DNA from: OCS155 cluster bacterium AG-426-D23
GTDB taxonomy: Bacteria > Actinomycetota > Acidimicrobiia > Actinomarinales > Actinomarinaceae
NCBI GenBank assembly: GCA_003213165.1
Contig: QCNO01000001.1
Location: 202,068-266,067 of the forward strand
Direction: 5' to 3'
DNA length: 64,000 bases
Position numbers and translations under genes: made by a program. Under the pieces are notes generated by a model. It did not search any database and was not told the origin of the DNA. It worked only from the letters and a program-made list of their open reading frames with translations. Below are positions 37,762 to 47,376 of the stretch, piece by piece (position 1 is the stretch's first letter; each line of letters begins with the position of its first letter).

Positions 37762-39713
37762 TATGCAACTCCAGATGTTAATTTAATGTTTTTAATAAGT
37801 ATATCCTTTGTGATGTTTACTATGGAATGAATTAACTGTTCAGGTTTTTCAATTTGTACATTATTAATATATTCCCTCCAAGAACCTCTGTTACCAATTC
37901 CTATGCCTATTACATCAACACCATTTTTGGTCGCAAAGTTAATACTATTTTGAAGTTCACTCAATGACCCTCTAGTCATACCATCAGACAGTACAACCAA
38001 CATCTTTGTATTCGAGGGATGGTTCAGTAATCTTTTTGTTGCATGCATGATATTTATTTCATCGATGTTAGTACCTTTTTCAAACATACTCACTGGTGGA
38101 ATTGAATCATCACTTATTCCTATATCAATGGAATCTCTTAAGTTTCTTGAAAATTCAATTAGTCCTATAAATTGCTGGTAATTTTCTCTCCATGAGTCTT
38201 TAAATTCTTTAATAAAATAATGATTTGCCGTACTGTACAGCTCTTGTGCTGAAGACCCGTAGGTTCTATTTAACATTGATGAAACTGCAAATTTTCTCTT
38301 ATTATAAGTTTCTTCATTTTCAGTATGCTCTGATGCGAAGGCTCTGTTAAATATAGAAACTTCAAAATCGATATCAAGTTCAAAACATATTTGAGACAGA
38401 TAACTAGCACCAATTAATGCCGAAGCTAAAGACCAGGGATGAAGTTCATCTTTATTTTTCTCAATCATCGAACCACTTCCATCAATTAAAAGAGATATTG
38501 CATATGATTTGTTGGATAGTCTTTGTTTCTGTTCAAACATTCTCTCATATCTCCCAGATGCGAGCATGATTGGAACGTGTGGTGACAAATCTCCTTGATC
38601 AAATCCACTAATTCTTTGTCGTTTTTGATTGTGTATAAAGTAGGGTTTTATCTTGTTTGTAACTTTATAGATAGGTAAATTCCATTGTTGCAATAAGGAT
38701 TCATATGTTTCTAAACCGTTTTTGTATAAATTTTTGTAATTGTTTGGAATTTTATTTTCAACAACTTTTGCAGTATTTCCCGATGGAAAATATATTGTAG
38801 TTGATGCACCCACTTTAGATATATGATCATCCATAAAATTTAATTTATCATCAGTTGATTTAGTCTCTGTCTGACCAAGAAATTTCTGCAAAGTATTGCC
38901 CGTCGTCACATTGTTAGAGGAGGGGATAAGAACTTTACTCAAATCGTTTACCACACTTTCATCAAGCGACTCCTCAATTTCTTTTTGTTCTCCAAGTGTG
39001 TAGTTGCTTAAGTCTGGAAGTATATTGTAACGTCTACATATATCAACCATCTGAACTGTAGCTTCTATTAATTCAGATACATTCACATTTTCATAGTTCA
39101 AGGTTTTTAGAATATGTAAAGATTCATTTAACGAACTTACGACAGACTTTTTATAGTTTTCAAATTCAGGATCTATATAAGAAGTTATTGAGTGAAATAA
39201 TAATGAAAGATACTGACTAAAATTACCAAGCTTTTTTATTTCTGAAAATGACTCAGTGTAAATATCTTCAAGAATTGAATTTAAACCTTCATATTGTTTC
39301 ACAAAGATTTTTTCTTCGATTGAGTGAATTAAGATGTCAAAAACATATTTTCCAAAAGGACCTGTGAGTATTTCGAGAACATCTTCAATATCTTCTACAT
39401 CATCGAGTTCGTCTGGGAATAGTTTGTTTAAGGATTCAGAGTCTAAGCTATAGTTATTTGTTGCATGTATAGCTTCGTGCACAACTGTACCAATCATAAC
39501 CTCATCTCTATCAAGATTTGTTTTTGAAATTGTATTAACAAGTATTGATGGATTTATTACAATATCATTCTTACTGTTTGATTTTGACCTTCCATATCTT
39601 AGAGATAAATCATCATTTTTCATTTGAGTCTGCAATAGCCTAGTAATTGCAGGTCTGATTTTCTCAAAATCTTCTACTATTTGGGCTTCGATGTTTTTTT
39701 TCTTTGAATTCAT
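37761..39713 (-). CDS. vWA-domain protein with N-terminal HExxH (CobT/NorD-like partner)
   Basis: MIDAS LLIDGSGSM, KGTNID, VLSDGMT, IGIGIG; VVHEAIH near the N-terminus; TAATG coupling to the AAA gene. Confidence 0.8.
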   Translation of the reverse strand: MNSKKKNIEAQIVEDFEKIRPAITRLLQTQMKNDDLSLRYGRSKSNSKNDIVINPSILVNTISKTNLDRDEVMIGTVVHEAIHATNNYSLDSESLNKLFPDELDDVEDIEDVLEILTGPFGKYVFDILIHSIEEKIFVKQYEGLNSILEDIYTESFSEIKKLGNFSQYLSLLFHSITSYIDPEFENYKKSVVSSLNESLHILKTLNYENVNVSELIEATVQMVDICRRYNILPDLSNYTLGEQKEIEESLDESVVNDLSKVLIPSSNNVTTGNTLQKFLGQTETKSTDDKLNFMDDHISKVGASTTIYFPSGNTAKVVENKIPNNYKNLYKNGLETYESLLQQWNLPIYKVTNKIKPYFIHNQKRQRISGFDQGDLSPHVPIMLASGRYERMFEQKQRLSNKSYAISLLIDGSGSMIEKNKDELHPWSLASALIGASYLSQICFELDIDFEVSIFNRAFASEHTENEETYNKRKFAVSSMLNRTYGSSAQELYSTANHYFIKEFKDSWRENYQQFIGLIEFSRNLRDSIDIGISDDSIPPVSMFEKGTNIDEINIMHATKRLLNHPSNTKMLVVLSDGMTRGSLSELQNSINFATKNGVDVIGIGIGNRGSWREYINNVQIEKPEQLIHSIVNITKDILIKNIKLTSGVA

Positions 39714-39761
39714 CTATTTATCATTATCATTAACAACTATAAGTATAAGGAATTATCAAAG

Positions 39762-40511
39762 ATGAATGAAATCGCACAAAATACTGTTTTGATATCTGGT
39801 GGCGCGGGCTCAATGGGTCTAATCGTTTCAGATTACATAAACTCAAGAGACGATTTTACTTTAACAGCAATTCATGATCCTAATTACAAAGGACAAGAAT
39901 ATAAAAGCTATGAAGATTTAACAAATATAGAAGAAGACATTGTCTTAGAGTTTTCTCCTGCCTCGGTAATTAACGAAAATATAGATTCTCTACTTAATTC
40001 AGATGCAGATTTAATTATTGGTTCATCTGGTGTTAGCTCAGAGATGTTATCAAAATTAAAAACAATCACAGATAGAAAAGTTATAGTGATACCAAACTTT
40101 TCTATAGGCGCAGCATATCAAAAGCTTTTCTCGCTAGCTCTTTCTGATAATTTTAATTCTTTAAATATTACTGAAAAACATCATGGAAAGAAACAAGATG
40201 CTCCATCTGGTACTGCAATAGATTTAGCAAATTCTTTGCCATCAGAAATAAACTCTCACGAACAAGATGGAAACTTTTATCAAATGAACAACGTGAACAA
40301 CAAAAATATTTATTCTTTAAGAGATGATAAATTTCTAGCTGAGCAAGAGGTAGATTTCGTAAATGAATATGAATCTTTTAATTTAGATCATAAAGTATAT
40401 GATAGGAAAGCATACCTCTATGGAGTAAAAGTTGTTCTTGATCTTTATCACGATTTAGAGGGTTTTAATCTAGGTTTAGAAAATTTAATAGCTAAGAAGA
40501 TTAATATCTAA
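39762..40511 (+). CDS. dapB: 4-hydroxy-tetrahydrodipicolinate reductase
   Basis: GGAGSMG, PNFSIG, EKHHGKKQDAPSGTA. Confidence 0.9.
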   Translation: MNEIAQNTVLISGGAGSMGLIVSDYINSRDDFTLTAIHDPNYKGQEYKSYEDLTNIEEDIVLEFSPASVINENIDSLLNSDADLIIGSSGVSSEMLSKLKTITDRKVIVIPNFSIGAAYQKLFSLALSDNFNSLNITEKHHGKKQDAPSGTAIDLANSLPSEINSHEQDGNFYQMNNVNNKNIYSLRDDKFLAEQEVDFVNEYESFNLDHKVYDRKAYLYGVKVVLDLYHDLEGFNLGLENLIAKKINI

Positions 40512-40513
40512 GT

Positions 40514-41395
40514 ATGAGCGATTTCGGTAAGCTATTAACAGCAGTCATAACTCCCTTTGATAACAATGGGGTGCTTAATACCGATACTTTGTGGAGACTA
40601 TGTAAAAAATTAGTTCACGAAAAATCGGACGGCTTAGTTTTATCAGGAACAACTGGTGAATCACCAAATTTAACAAAAGAAGATAGAAAAATTATCTATT
40701 CAACTGCTAAAGACTCTGTAGGAGATAAGGCAAAGATAATTGCTGGAACTGGTACATACTCTACTAAAGAATCTATAGAGTATACAAAAATGGCTAATGA
40801 CATAGGTGTCGACGGCATAATGATTGTTACACCATATTATTCAAAACCATCTCAATTTGGAATTTTGAAGCATTTTGAAGAGGTTTCTAATAACACTGAC
40901 TTACCAATTATGGCATACAACATTCCTGGTCGAACAGCAACTTTAATTGAAATTGATACTTTAGAAAAACTTGTTGATGATATTGGAATACATTCCATCA
41001 AAGATGCGGTAGGGGATTTGGAATTCTCTAAAAATGAACTAGAAGCACTAAAAGATAAAGTTGATATTTATTCAGGTAATGATGGTGAGACTATAGAGTT
41101 CATGAAGATGGGTGGAAAAGGTGTTGTCTCAGTTGCTTCCCATGTTGTCGGAAATAAAATTTACGATTTAATAAACCATGTACTTAATGATGAGGTTGAA
41201 TCGGCTGAACACTTGCAAAATCAACTTTTACCTCTTTTTGATTTATTATTTGAAGAACCAAGTCCTGGTCCAGTTAAGTACTTACTTACGCAAACGTGGG
41301 AAGATGTTGGATCACCATTAATGCCTATAACGGACATTTCTAGTGAATTAGCCAATAAATTATTGGATAATTTCCAAAAAATTAAGAATAATTAA
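40514..41395 (+). CDS. dapA: 4-hydroxy-tetrahydrodipicolinate synthase
   Basis: GTTGESP, VTPYYSKP, YNIPGRT, IKDA. Confidence 0.96.
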   Translation: MSDFGKLLTAVITPFDNNGVLNTDTLWRLCKKLVHEKSDGLVLSGTTGESPNLTKEDRKIIYSTAKDSVGDKAKIIAGTGTYSTKESIEYTKMANDIGVDGIMIVTPYYSKPSQFGILKHFEEVSNNTDLPIMAYNIPGRTATLIEIDTLEKLVDDIGIHSIKDAVGDLEFSKNELEALKDKVDIYSGNDGETIEFMKMGGKGVVSVASHVVGNKIYDLINHVLNDEVESAEHLQNQLLPLFDLLFEEPSPGPVKYLLTQTWEDVGSPLMPITDISSELANKLLDNFQKIKNN

Positions 41396-41415
41396 GCTTT
41401 TTCTCCACTTTTTTA

Positions 41416-41424
41416 TGGTATAAT
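41416..41424 (+). promoter_or_regulatory. Extended -10 (TGnTATAAT) 6 nt before the ftsK GTG (leaderless geometry)
   Basis: TGGTATAAT at 41416-41424; start codon at 41431; no SD. Confidence 0.65.
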
Positions 41425-41430
41425 TCATTC

Positions 41431-43794
41431 GTGGCTGTGAAGACATCCACTCGCAAAAGGGTAAATGGGCGTAAGCGGGTGTCTAAACAAAACAAGTTAA
41501 TAAACGTAGACAGGGCAGTAACTACACTTAAATCTACAACTTCTAGTACGCTATCAAAATTCGTCCAATCTTATCAAGCAGTAGCAATTTTTATGTTTAC
41601 ATTTGCTACTTTGATTACTTTATCAATATTTCAAAAAGGCGGACCAGTTGGGGAAATTGTTTACAGAACTCTTGAATGGTGCTTTGGTTATGGAATTTAC
41701 GCAATGCCTGTTCTTTTCTTGTATGGTTCAGCAATATTGATTCGTGATAAAGAGACAGTAAAATCAGAAAAAGTTTTAACGGGAACTTTCTATGTACAAA
41801 TAATATCATCAGCTGCATTTCATTCCCTCATTCATACTGAGCCCGTCCCGATAAGTGCTGGTTCAGAATTGATAACTAAATCAGGAGGACATGTCTCAGC
41901 TTTTATTGTTCATCCATTAACCAATTTTTTTGGATTGGAAATGACCCATACCTTACTCCTTATTTCATTAGTTATGTCAGTTTTATATATGACTGACATT
42001 GAATTAAAAGATCTTATCGGAGGAGTGCAAGCAGTTTTTAAATATATTTATAAATTTATTTTTGCATTCTTCCTTGCAAGAAAAGAAGCGAATAGTTTAC
42101 AAGTTGAAAATATATTTGAATCTGGTGAATCACCAAAGAATAATAAAACTGTTAAAAATATTGAAAGTGGAAATAATAAAATAAAAGATAAAGTTAAAAA
42201 TATTTCAAATTTCACAGATTTCAAACAAAAAAAAGTTGTATCTTCATCAAAAAATAATACTAAAACAAAATCTTCAAAAGAATACAAATTGCCCCCAGTT
42301 AGTTTATTAAAGCAAGGATCTTCACTCTCTACTTCTAAAAAGTTACTCCAACAAACAGCAAAGGATTTAACACAATTACTAAATGAGCATGGTGTTGAAG
42401 CCGAATTAACGAATGTTGTTCCTGGACCTACTGTTACTAGATATGAAATTGAGTTAGCTCCTGGTGTTAAAGTCTCAAAGGTTACATCATTGTCTCATGA
42501 TATTGCGTATGCCTTGGCAACACCAGATGTTAGATTACTTGCTCCTATACCTGGAAGAAGCGCGATTGGGATTGAAATTCCAAATAGACAAAGGAAACTC
42601 GTATCACTTGGAGATGTACTATCGTCATCCGAAGCATCTAAATTATCACATCCTTTAAATGTTGGATTAGGTCTTGATATTGCAGGCAAACCAAGGCTAT
42701 TAAATCTTTCTGAACTTCCACATGTTTTAATTGCAGGACAAACCGGTGCTGGAAAATCATCCTGCATTAATTCAATTGTGACATCATTGTTGATTCGCAC
42801 AAATCCTGATGATGTAAAAATGGTCATGGTCGACCCAAAGAGAGTAGAACTAGGTCAATATAATGATGTTCCTCATTTACTTACAAAAGTTATTACTAAT
42901 CCAAAGAAAGCTGTTGATGCATTAAGTTGGGCAGTAGCAGAAATGGATAGAAGATATGATTTATTAGCAGATGGTCAAGTCAGAGATATAAATGGATATC
43001 ATGAAAAATATGATGCAGGTCTTTTAGATGAAGAAAAGTTTGACAGATTTCCTTACATAGTTCTATTTATAGACGAATTAAACGATCTCATGATGGTAGC
43101 TGGAAGAGAAGTCGAATCAGCGATAGTACGTTTAGCACAAATGGCTAGAGCAATAGGCATTCATTTAGTAGTTGCCACTCAGAGACCTTCCGTAGATGTT
43201 ATCACAGGAGTTATGAAAGCTAATATTCCTTCAAGGTTAGCTTTTTCTGTAGCCTCAACAACTGACTCAAGAGTAATACTTGATCAGTCTGGTGCAGAAA
43301 AACTTATTGGTTTAGGCGACATGCTTGTTGTAACTGCATCTAATCCAAGATTAGAGAGAATTCAAGGAGCTTGGGTAACTGAAGGCGAAATTAAAGACGT
43401 TGTTTCATGGGTGAGAAAGCAAAAAGCAGCACAATATAATCCTGCTGTTACAGAAGAACAAAAAAAATCAAGCAGCACAATACAAGATGATTTTGGAGAA
43501 GATGAAGAGCTTATTTCTTCAGCCAAGGAACTAGTTGTTAGATCTCAATTAGGATCTACATCAATGCTTCAAAGAAAACTTAGAGTAGGATTTGCAAGAG
43601 CAGGCAGGTTAATGGACATACTTGAAGCTCAAGGTATTGTCGGCCCTTCAGAAGGATCTAAAGCTAGAGAGGTTTTAATTACTGTTGAAGAATTTGAGAC
43701 AGGTAATTTATCATCCATTGAAGTAAATGAGGATAGTCAAGATGTATCTTTAGAAAATACAGATTCTGAAGATGATGAATCTTGGTATGAGTAA
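41431..43794 (+). CDS. ftsK: DNA translocase FtsK
   Basis: N-terminal TM region, GPTVTRYE, AGQTGAGKS, IDELNDLMM, LATQRPSVDV-like, gamma domain LQRKLRVGFARAGRLMD. Confidence 0.97.
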   Translation: MAVKTSTRKRVNGRKRVSKQNKLINVDRAVTTLKSTTSSTLSKFVQSYQAVAIFMFTFATLITLSIFQKGGPVGEIVYRTLEWCFGYGIYAMPVLFLYGSAILIRDKETVKSEKVLTGTFYVQIISSAAFHSLIHTEPVPISAGSELITKSGGHVSAFIVHPLTNFFGLEMTHTLLLISLVMSVLYMTDIELKDLIGGVQAVFKYIYKFIFAFFLARKEANSLQVENIFESGESPKNNKTVKNIESGNNKIKDKVKNISNFTDFKQKKVVSSSKNNTKTKSSKEYKLPPVSLLKQGSSLSTSKKLLQQTAKDLTQLLNEHGVEAELTNVVPGPTVTRYEIELAPGVKVSKVTSLSHDIAYALATPDVRLLAPIPGRSAIGIEIPNRQRKLVSLGDVLSSSEASKLSHPLNVGLGLDIAGKPRLLNLSELPHVLIAGQTGAGKSSCINSIVTSLLIRTNPDDVKMVMVDPKRVELGQYNDVPHLLTKVITNPKKAVDALSWAVAEMDRRYDLLADGQVRDINGYHEKYDAGLLDEEKFDRFPYIVLFIDELNDLMMVAGREVESAIVRLAQMARAIGIHLVVATQRPSVDVITGVMKANIPSRLAFSVASTTDSRVILDQSGAEKLIGLGDMLVVTASNPRLERIQGAWVTEGEIKDVVSWVRKQKAAQYNPAVTEEQKKSSSTIQDDFGEDEELISSAKELVVRSQLGSTSMLQRKLRVGFARAGRLMDILEAQGIVGPSEGSKAREVLITVEEFETGNLSSIEVNEDSQDVSLENTDSEDDESWYE

Positions 43795-43795
43795 A

Positions 43796-44599
43796 TTAAA
43801 CTCTTATATCTCTACCTTTAATAATTCTTCTTCTTATTGCAGCAGAAATAGCATCAACAATTAAAACCATAACTATAGTCACTACTAAAACAGTACCTGC
43901 ACGAGGAAAATCTCTAAAACGTAATTGATTAATTAATTCAGCACCTACTCCGCCAGCACCAACTACACCAAGTACAGCTGACGCTCTTAAATTAATTTCA
44001 AATCTATACAACCAATATGATGTAATAGTTGGCATTACTTGTGGTATAACTCCAAAAAAAAGTTCATTCAGTTTGGATCCACCAGAGGATTTAATTGATT
44101 CAAGAGGACCTTCGTCAATTCCTTCAATAACTTCAGACGATAGCTTTCCCAATGTACCAATAGAATGTATTCCTACAGCCAAAGTACCTGTTAAAGGTCC
44201 TAACCCCGTAATTGGCAAGAGAACAAACGCAAGAATTAATTCGGGAAATGCTCTTATCACATTTAATATTTGTTTAGTAACTCTGCTGAAAGCATTTAAT
44301 GAAAAATTATTTGCTGCTAAAAACGCTATTGGAAAGCTAAAAAATGCTCCGATAACGGTTCCAGCCCAAGCGATAAATAATGACTCACCAACTTTAGGTA
44401 CAATTCTGTCAATAGCTTCCTGGGAAAGGTCTAGAGGAAACATAGCTGTTATAAGAATCCAAACTTTACTTGGGGCTGTTAAAAATCTTTCAGGAGTAAT
44501 TTCAAGCCCAGAGGCAGACCACAAAGATCCGGCGATGATTAGAAATGTAATCACATATTTCAGAACTCTTTGGTTTAGTGGCTGTTTTGGAATACTCAT
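43796..44599 (-). CDS. phnE: Phosphonate/phosphite ABC transporter permease
   Basis: IRAFPELILA, LGKLSSEVIE, YRFEINLRASAVLGVVGAGG. Confidence 0.92.
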   Translation of the reverse strand: MSIPKQPLNQRVLKYVITFLIIAGSLWSASGLEITPERFLTAPSKVWILITAMFPLDLSQEAIDRIVPKVGESLFIAWAGTVIGAFFSFPIAFLAANNFSLNAFSRVTKQILNVIRAFPELILAFVLLPITGLGPLTGTLAVGIHSIGTLGKLSSEVIEGIDEGPLESIKSSGGSKLNELFFGVIPQVMPTITSYWLYRFEINLRASAVLGVVGAGGVGAELINQLRFRDFPRAGTVLVVTIVMVLIVDAISAAIRRRIIKGRDIRV

Positions 44600-45345
44600 A
44601 AAATTTTTCTTCTTAACCAGACACTAAATTGTTCGATTGCTATTACCGCTACAAGTATTAAAACAATAATTGGCGAAATCCTATCAAATCTTAAAAATAT
44701 TCTTTGTGTTTCAATAATTCTTCCAACACCACCAGCACCAACCAATCCTAAAATTACAGAAGCTCTAATACATAGTTCAAAAATATATAAAAAATAAGCT
44801 GTAAAGTTTGGCAAAATTTGTGGAAGTGCAGATGTAAATACAGCTTGTGTATGTTTTGCTCCGCTTGCTTTTGCTGCTTCTAGTGGCCCTAAATCAATAC
44901 TGTCAATTGTTTCAGATAGTAACTTTCCCATTATTGCTAGCGAAAACATTACTAATGCCAGTACTCCTGCAAATGGACCTAAACCAACTGCAACTGTAAA
45001 TAGCATTGCCCAAAACAAATCTGGAATAGTTCTTATGAAATTTAAAAAGGATTTATATACAACATAGGTCAATGTTGATTGGTTAGTGGCTCTTGATGCG
45101 TAGAAAGATAAGGGTAAAGCTATAAAACAGCCAAGAATACTCGCAAGAATTGCAATTTGTATAGTTTCGAGCAAAGCTAGAGATGCATTTTCAATTGCCC
45201 AATCCCATTTTGGATCAAAAAGTGTATCAGTGACTAGTTTTCTATTTTCCCAATTTCTTTTAAAATCGTCAATATTAAAACCAACTTGAAAAAAAGAAAA
45301 TATTGAAAAAAATAGAGCAAAAGGATATCCGACAACAGTCAACAA
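44596..45345 (-). CDS. phnE: Phosphonate/phosphite ABC transporter permease (second copy)
   Basis: IRTIPDLFWA, GKLLSETID, FELCIRASVILGLVGAGG. Confidence 0.92.
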   Translation of the reverse strand: MLTVVGYPFALFFSIFSFFQVGFNIDDFKRNWENRKLVTDTLFDPKWDWAIENASLALLETIQIAILASILGCFIALPLSFYASRATNQSTLTYVVYKSFLNFIRTIPDLFWAMLFTVAVGLGPFAGVLALVMFSLAIMGKLLSETIDSIDLGPLEAAKASGAKHTQAVFTSALPQILPNFTAYFLYIFELCIRASVILGLVGAGGVGRIIETQRIFLRFDRISPIIVLILVAVIAIEQFSVWLRRKIL

Positions 45346-45370
45346 TGAAGGAAGGGGTTTTCTTGGGACT

Positions 45371-46141
45371 TTAATCGTCTTCCCCTAATAAATCTGAAGA
45401 TTTGATTGCTCTACCATAAATATTTTCAAAGTCCTTGTCACTTACATCATCAACTTTTCCATCGTACACAAGCTCACCATCTTTTAAACCTATTAATCGT
45501 TCACCAAACTCTTTAGCTAGGTCTAAGAAGTGAAGATTTACAATAGTTGTTATACCTAATTCTTGATTAATTTCCTTAAGATACTTCATCACAACTCTTG
45601 AAGTAATCGGATCTAATGATGCAACAGGTTCATCTGCGAGCATAACTTTTGGTTTTTGAGCAAGGGCACGCGCTATTCCAACCCTTTGCTGTTGACCTCC
45701 GGATAAATTTGAACCTCTTACATAAGCCTTTTCTAATATTCCTACTTTGTTTAATGATTCAAAAGCAATATCCTTATCATTTTTAGGCCAGAGACCAAAT
45801 ACAGATCTTAGGGTCGAAACTTGGCTTAGTCTCCCAGTCAATACATTTTTTAATACAGATGAGCGATTTACTAAATTAAACGTTTGGAATATCATACCTA
45901 TATCTGATCTTATTTTTTTAAGTTCCTTTTTTGAAGCGCTAGTTACATTTTGTGAGTCAATAAAAACATTTCCATCGGTTGGTTTGACTAGGTTATTAAC
46001 AGTTCTTAACAAAGTTGATTTACCAGCACCAGACATGCCAACAATAATTACAAAATCACCCTCATCAATATTCAGAGAGACATTGTTTAGTGCATTTACT
46101 CCACCAGGATATACAACACTTACATTTTTGAATTCAATCAT
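45371..46141 (-). CDS. phnC: Phosphonate ABC transporter ATP-binding protein
   Basis: GMSGAGKST, LSGGQQQRVGIARAL, ADEPVASLDP, VNLH. Confidence 0.95.
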   Translation of the reverse strand: MIEFKNVSVVYPGGVNALNNVSLNIDEGDFVIIVGMSGAGKSTLLRTVNNLVKPTDGNVFIDSQNVTSASKKELKKIRSDIGMIFQTFNLVNRSSVLKNVLTGRLSQVSTLRSVFGLWPKNDKDIAFESLNKVGILEKAYVRGSNLSGGQQQRVGIARALAQKPKVMLADEPVASLDPITSRVVMKYLKEINQELGITTIVNLHFLDLAKEFGERLIGLKDGELVYDGKVDDVSDKDFENIYGRAIKSSDLLGEDD

Positions 46142-46150
46142 ATTAATTAT

Positions 46151-46188
46151 AAAAAAAACTAGGGCAGTTTTACCTGCCCTAGTTTTTT
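46151..46188 (-). terminator. Intrinsic terminator-like hairpin between phnD and phnC
   Basis: AAAAAACTAGGGCAG(46153-67)/CTGCCCTAGTTTTTT(46174-88); followed by T8 on the minus strand. Confidence 0.8.
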
Positions 46189-46193
46189 ATTAA

Positions 46194-47315
46194 TTAGTCG
46201 TCGTAAAGACCAAATTCTTGTGCTGCTTCTCTAACAACATCAAACTCAGAGTTATCTGCAGGTACTAAATCAGTCCATCCATAAATTTCGTCCATTAATG
46301 CTCTACCATCTTCAGTAGCAATAAATTCTGACAAAATGTCATAAATTTGTTGTTTAATATCTTCTGGCAAATCTGTTCTTACTGCAATTACGTCATTAGG
46401 AATTTCCTCAGTTATCGCAAATGCTATAACTTTTTCACCTACATCAGGATTTGTTTTTCTTAATGTTCTTCTTGCGTCATCATATGTAACGCCAAATTTA
46501 GCATCACCATTATAAAGACCAGCAATAACACCATCATGTGAACCAGCAAATCTTTGTGTTATGTCACTTGTATAATCAATACCAGCTTTTTTAAGTTGAA
46601 GTGATGGATATAAATATCCAGATGTTGAACCTTCCTCAACAAAAAGTACTTCTTCTCCTAACATAACAGATAGATCAGCTTCACAAGCAAGACCCGGGCT
46701 GGTAGTAACACCATCTCGGACTTCCGGGATTAACCCATCATCACCGAATCCCCAACCTACTTGGAGTGCTTTTACGTCTGGGGGTGAAGTTTCTGTTCCA
46801 GTAACTAAAGTAGGAACTCCATTTATATTTTCAAAAGCTCCAATTACAGGTGTGGAATTACATATACTCGCATCTGTTGTCCAAAATGTTCCATGATAAG
46901 ATCCTGAACCGTATCTAACAGACTTAGCAATTGCTTCAAATCTTCTTGGAAAAGCGTCCATTGCTGTTACATACCCTAAGGTTGCAAAAGCACCAACATC
47001 AGCTTGTCCAGATCCCATAGCAACAAGGAGACCTGAATAGTCGCTTGTTACAATACCTTCCACTTCAATACCCAAACCATCAGATAAAAGTTGCATCATT
47101 GGTTGAATGTTATCTAATAATTCGGCTTGTTCCGCGCTAGGTACAAAGCCAAAAACAATTTTGTCTAAAGTTGGCGCAGCTGTTGTTGCTGGCGCTTCTA
47201 ATGTTTCGACTTCTTCCATAGCAACGGGTTCTTCTACTGTCTCTTCAGCAGTACCACCACAAGCAGTAGCTACTAATGTAAGACAGAGAAGAAGTAGTAA
47301 TGATTTTTTCATCAT
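46194..47315 (-). CDS. phnD: Phosphate/phosphite/phosphonate ABC substrate-binding lipoprotein
   Basis: Lipobox ATAC; FGFVPS, STSGYLYP, GSHD, IPND.IAVR; SD GGAGGA. Confidence 0.9.
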   Translation of the reverse strand: MMKKSLLLLLCLTLVATACGGTAEETVEEPVAMEEVETLEAPATTAAPTLDKIVFGFVPSAEQAELLDNIQPMMQLLSDGLGIEVEGIVTSDYSGLLVAMGSGQADVGAFATLGYVTAMDAFPRRFEAIAKSVRYGSGSYHGTFWTTDASICNSTPVIGAFENINGVPTLVTGTETSPPDVKALQVGWGFGDDGLIPEVRDGVTTSPGLACEADLSVMLGEEVLFVEEGSTSGYLYPSLQLKKAGIDYTSDITQRFAGSHDGVIAGLYNGDAKFGVTYDDARRTLRKTNPDVGEKVIAFAITEEIPNDVIAVRTDLPEDIKQQIYDILSEFIATEDGRALMDEIYGWTDLVPADNSEFDVVREAAQEFGLYDD

Positions 47316-47376
47316 TATCCTCCGCTAGCTTATAATTCTATATTACATATTCAGGATTTAAGAGACTCTAATTAAG

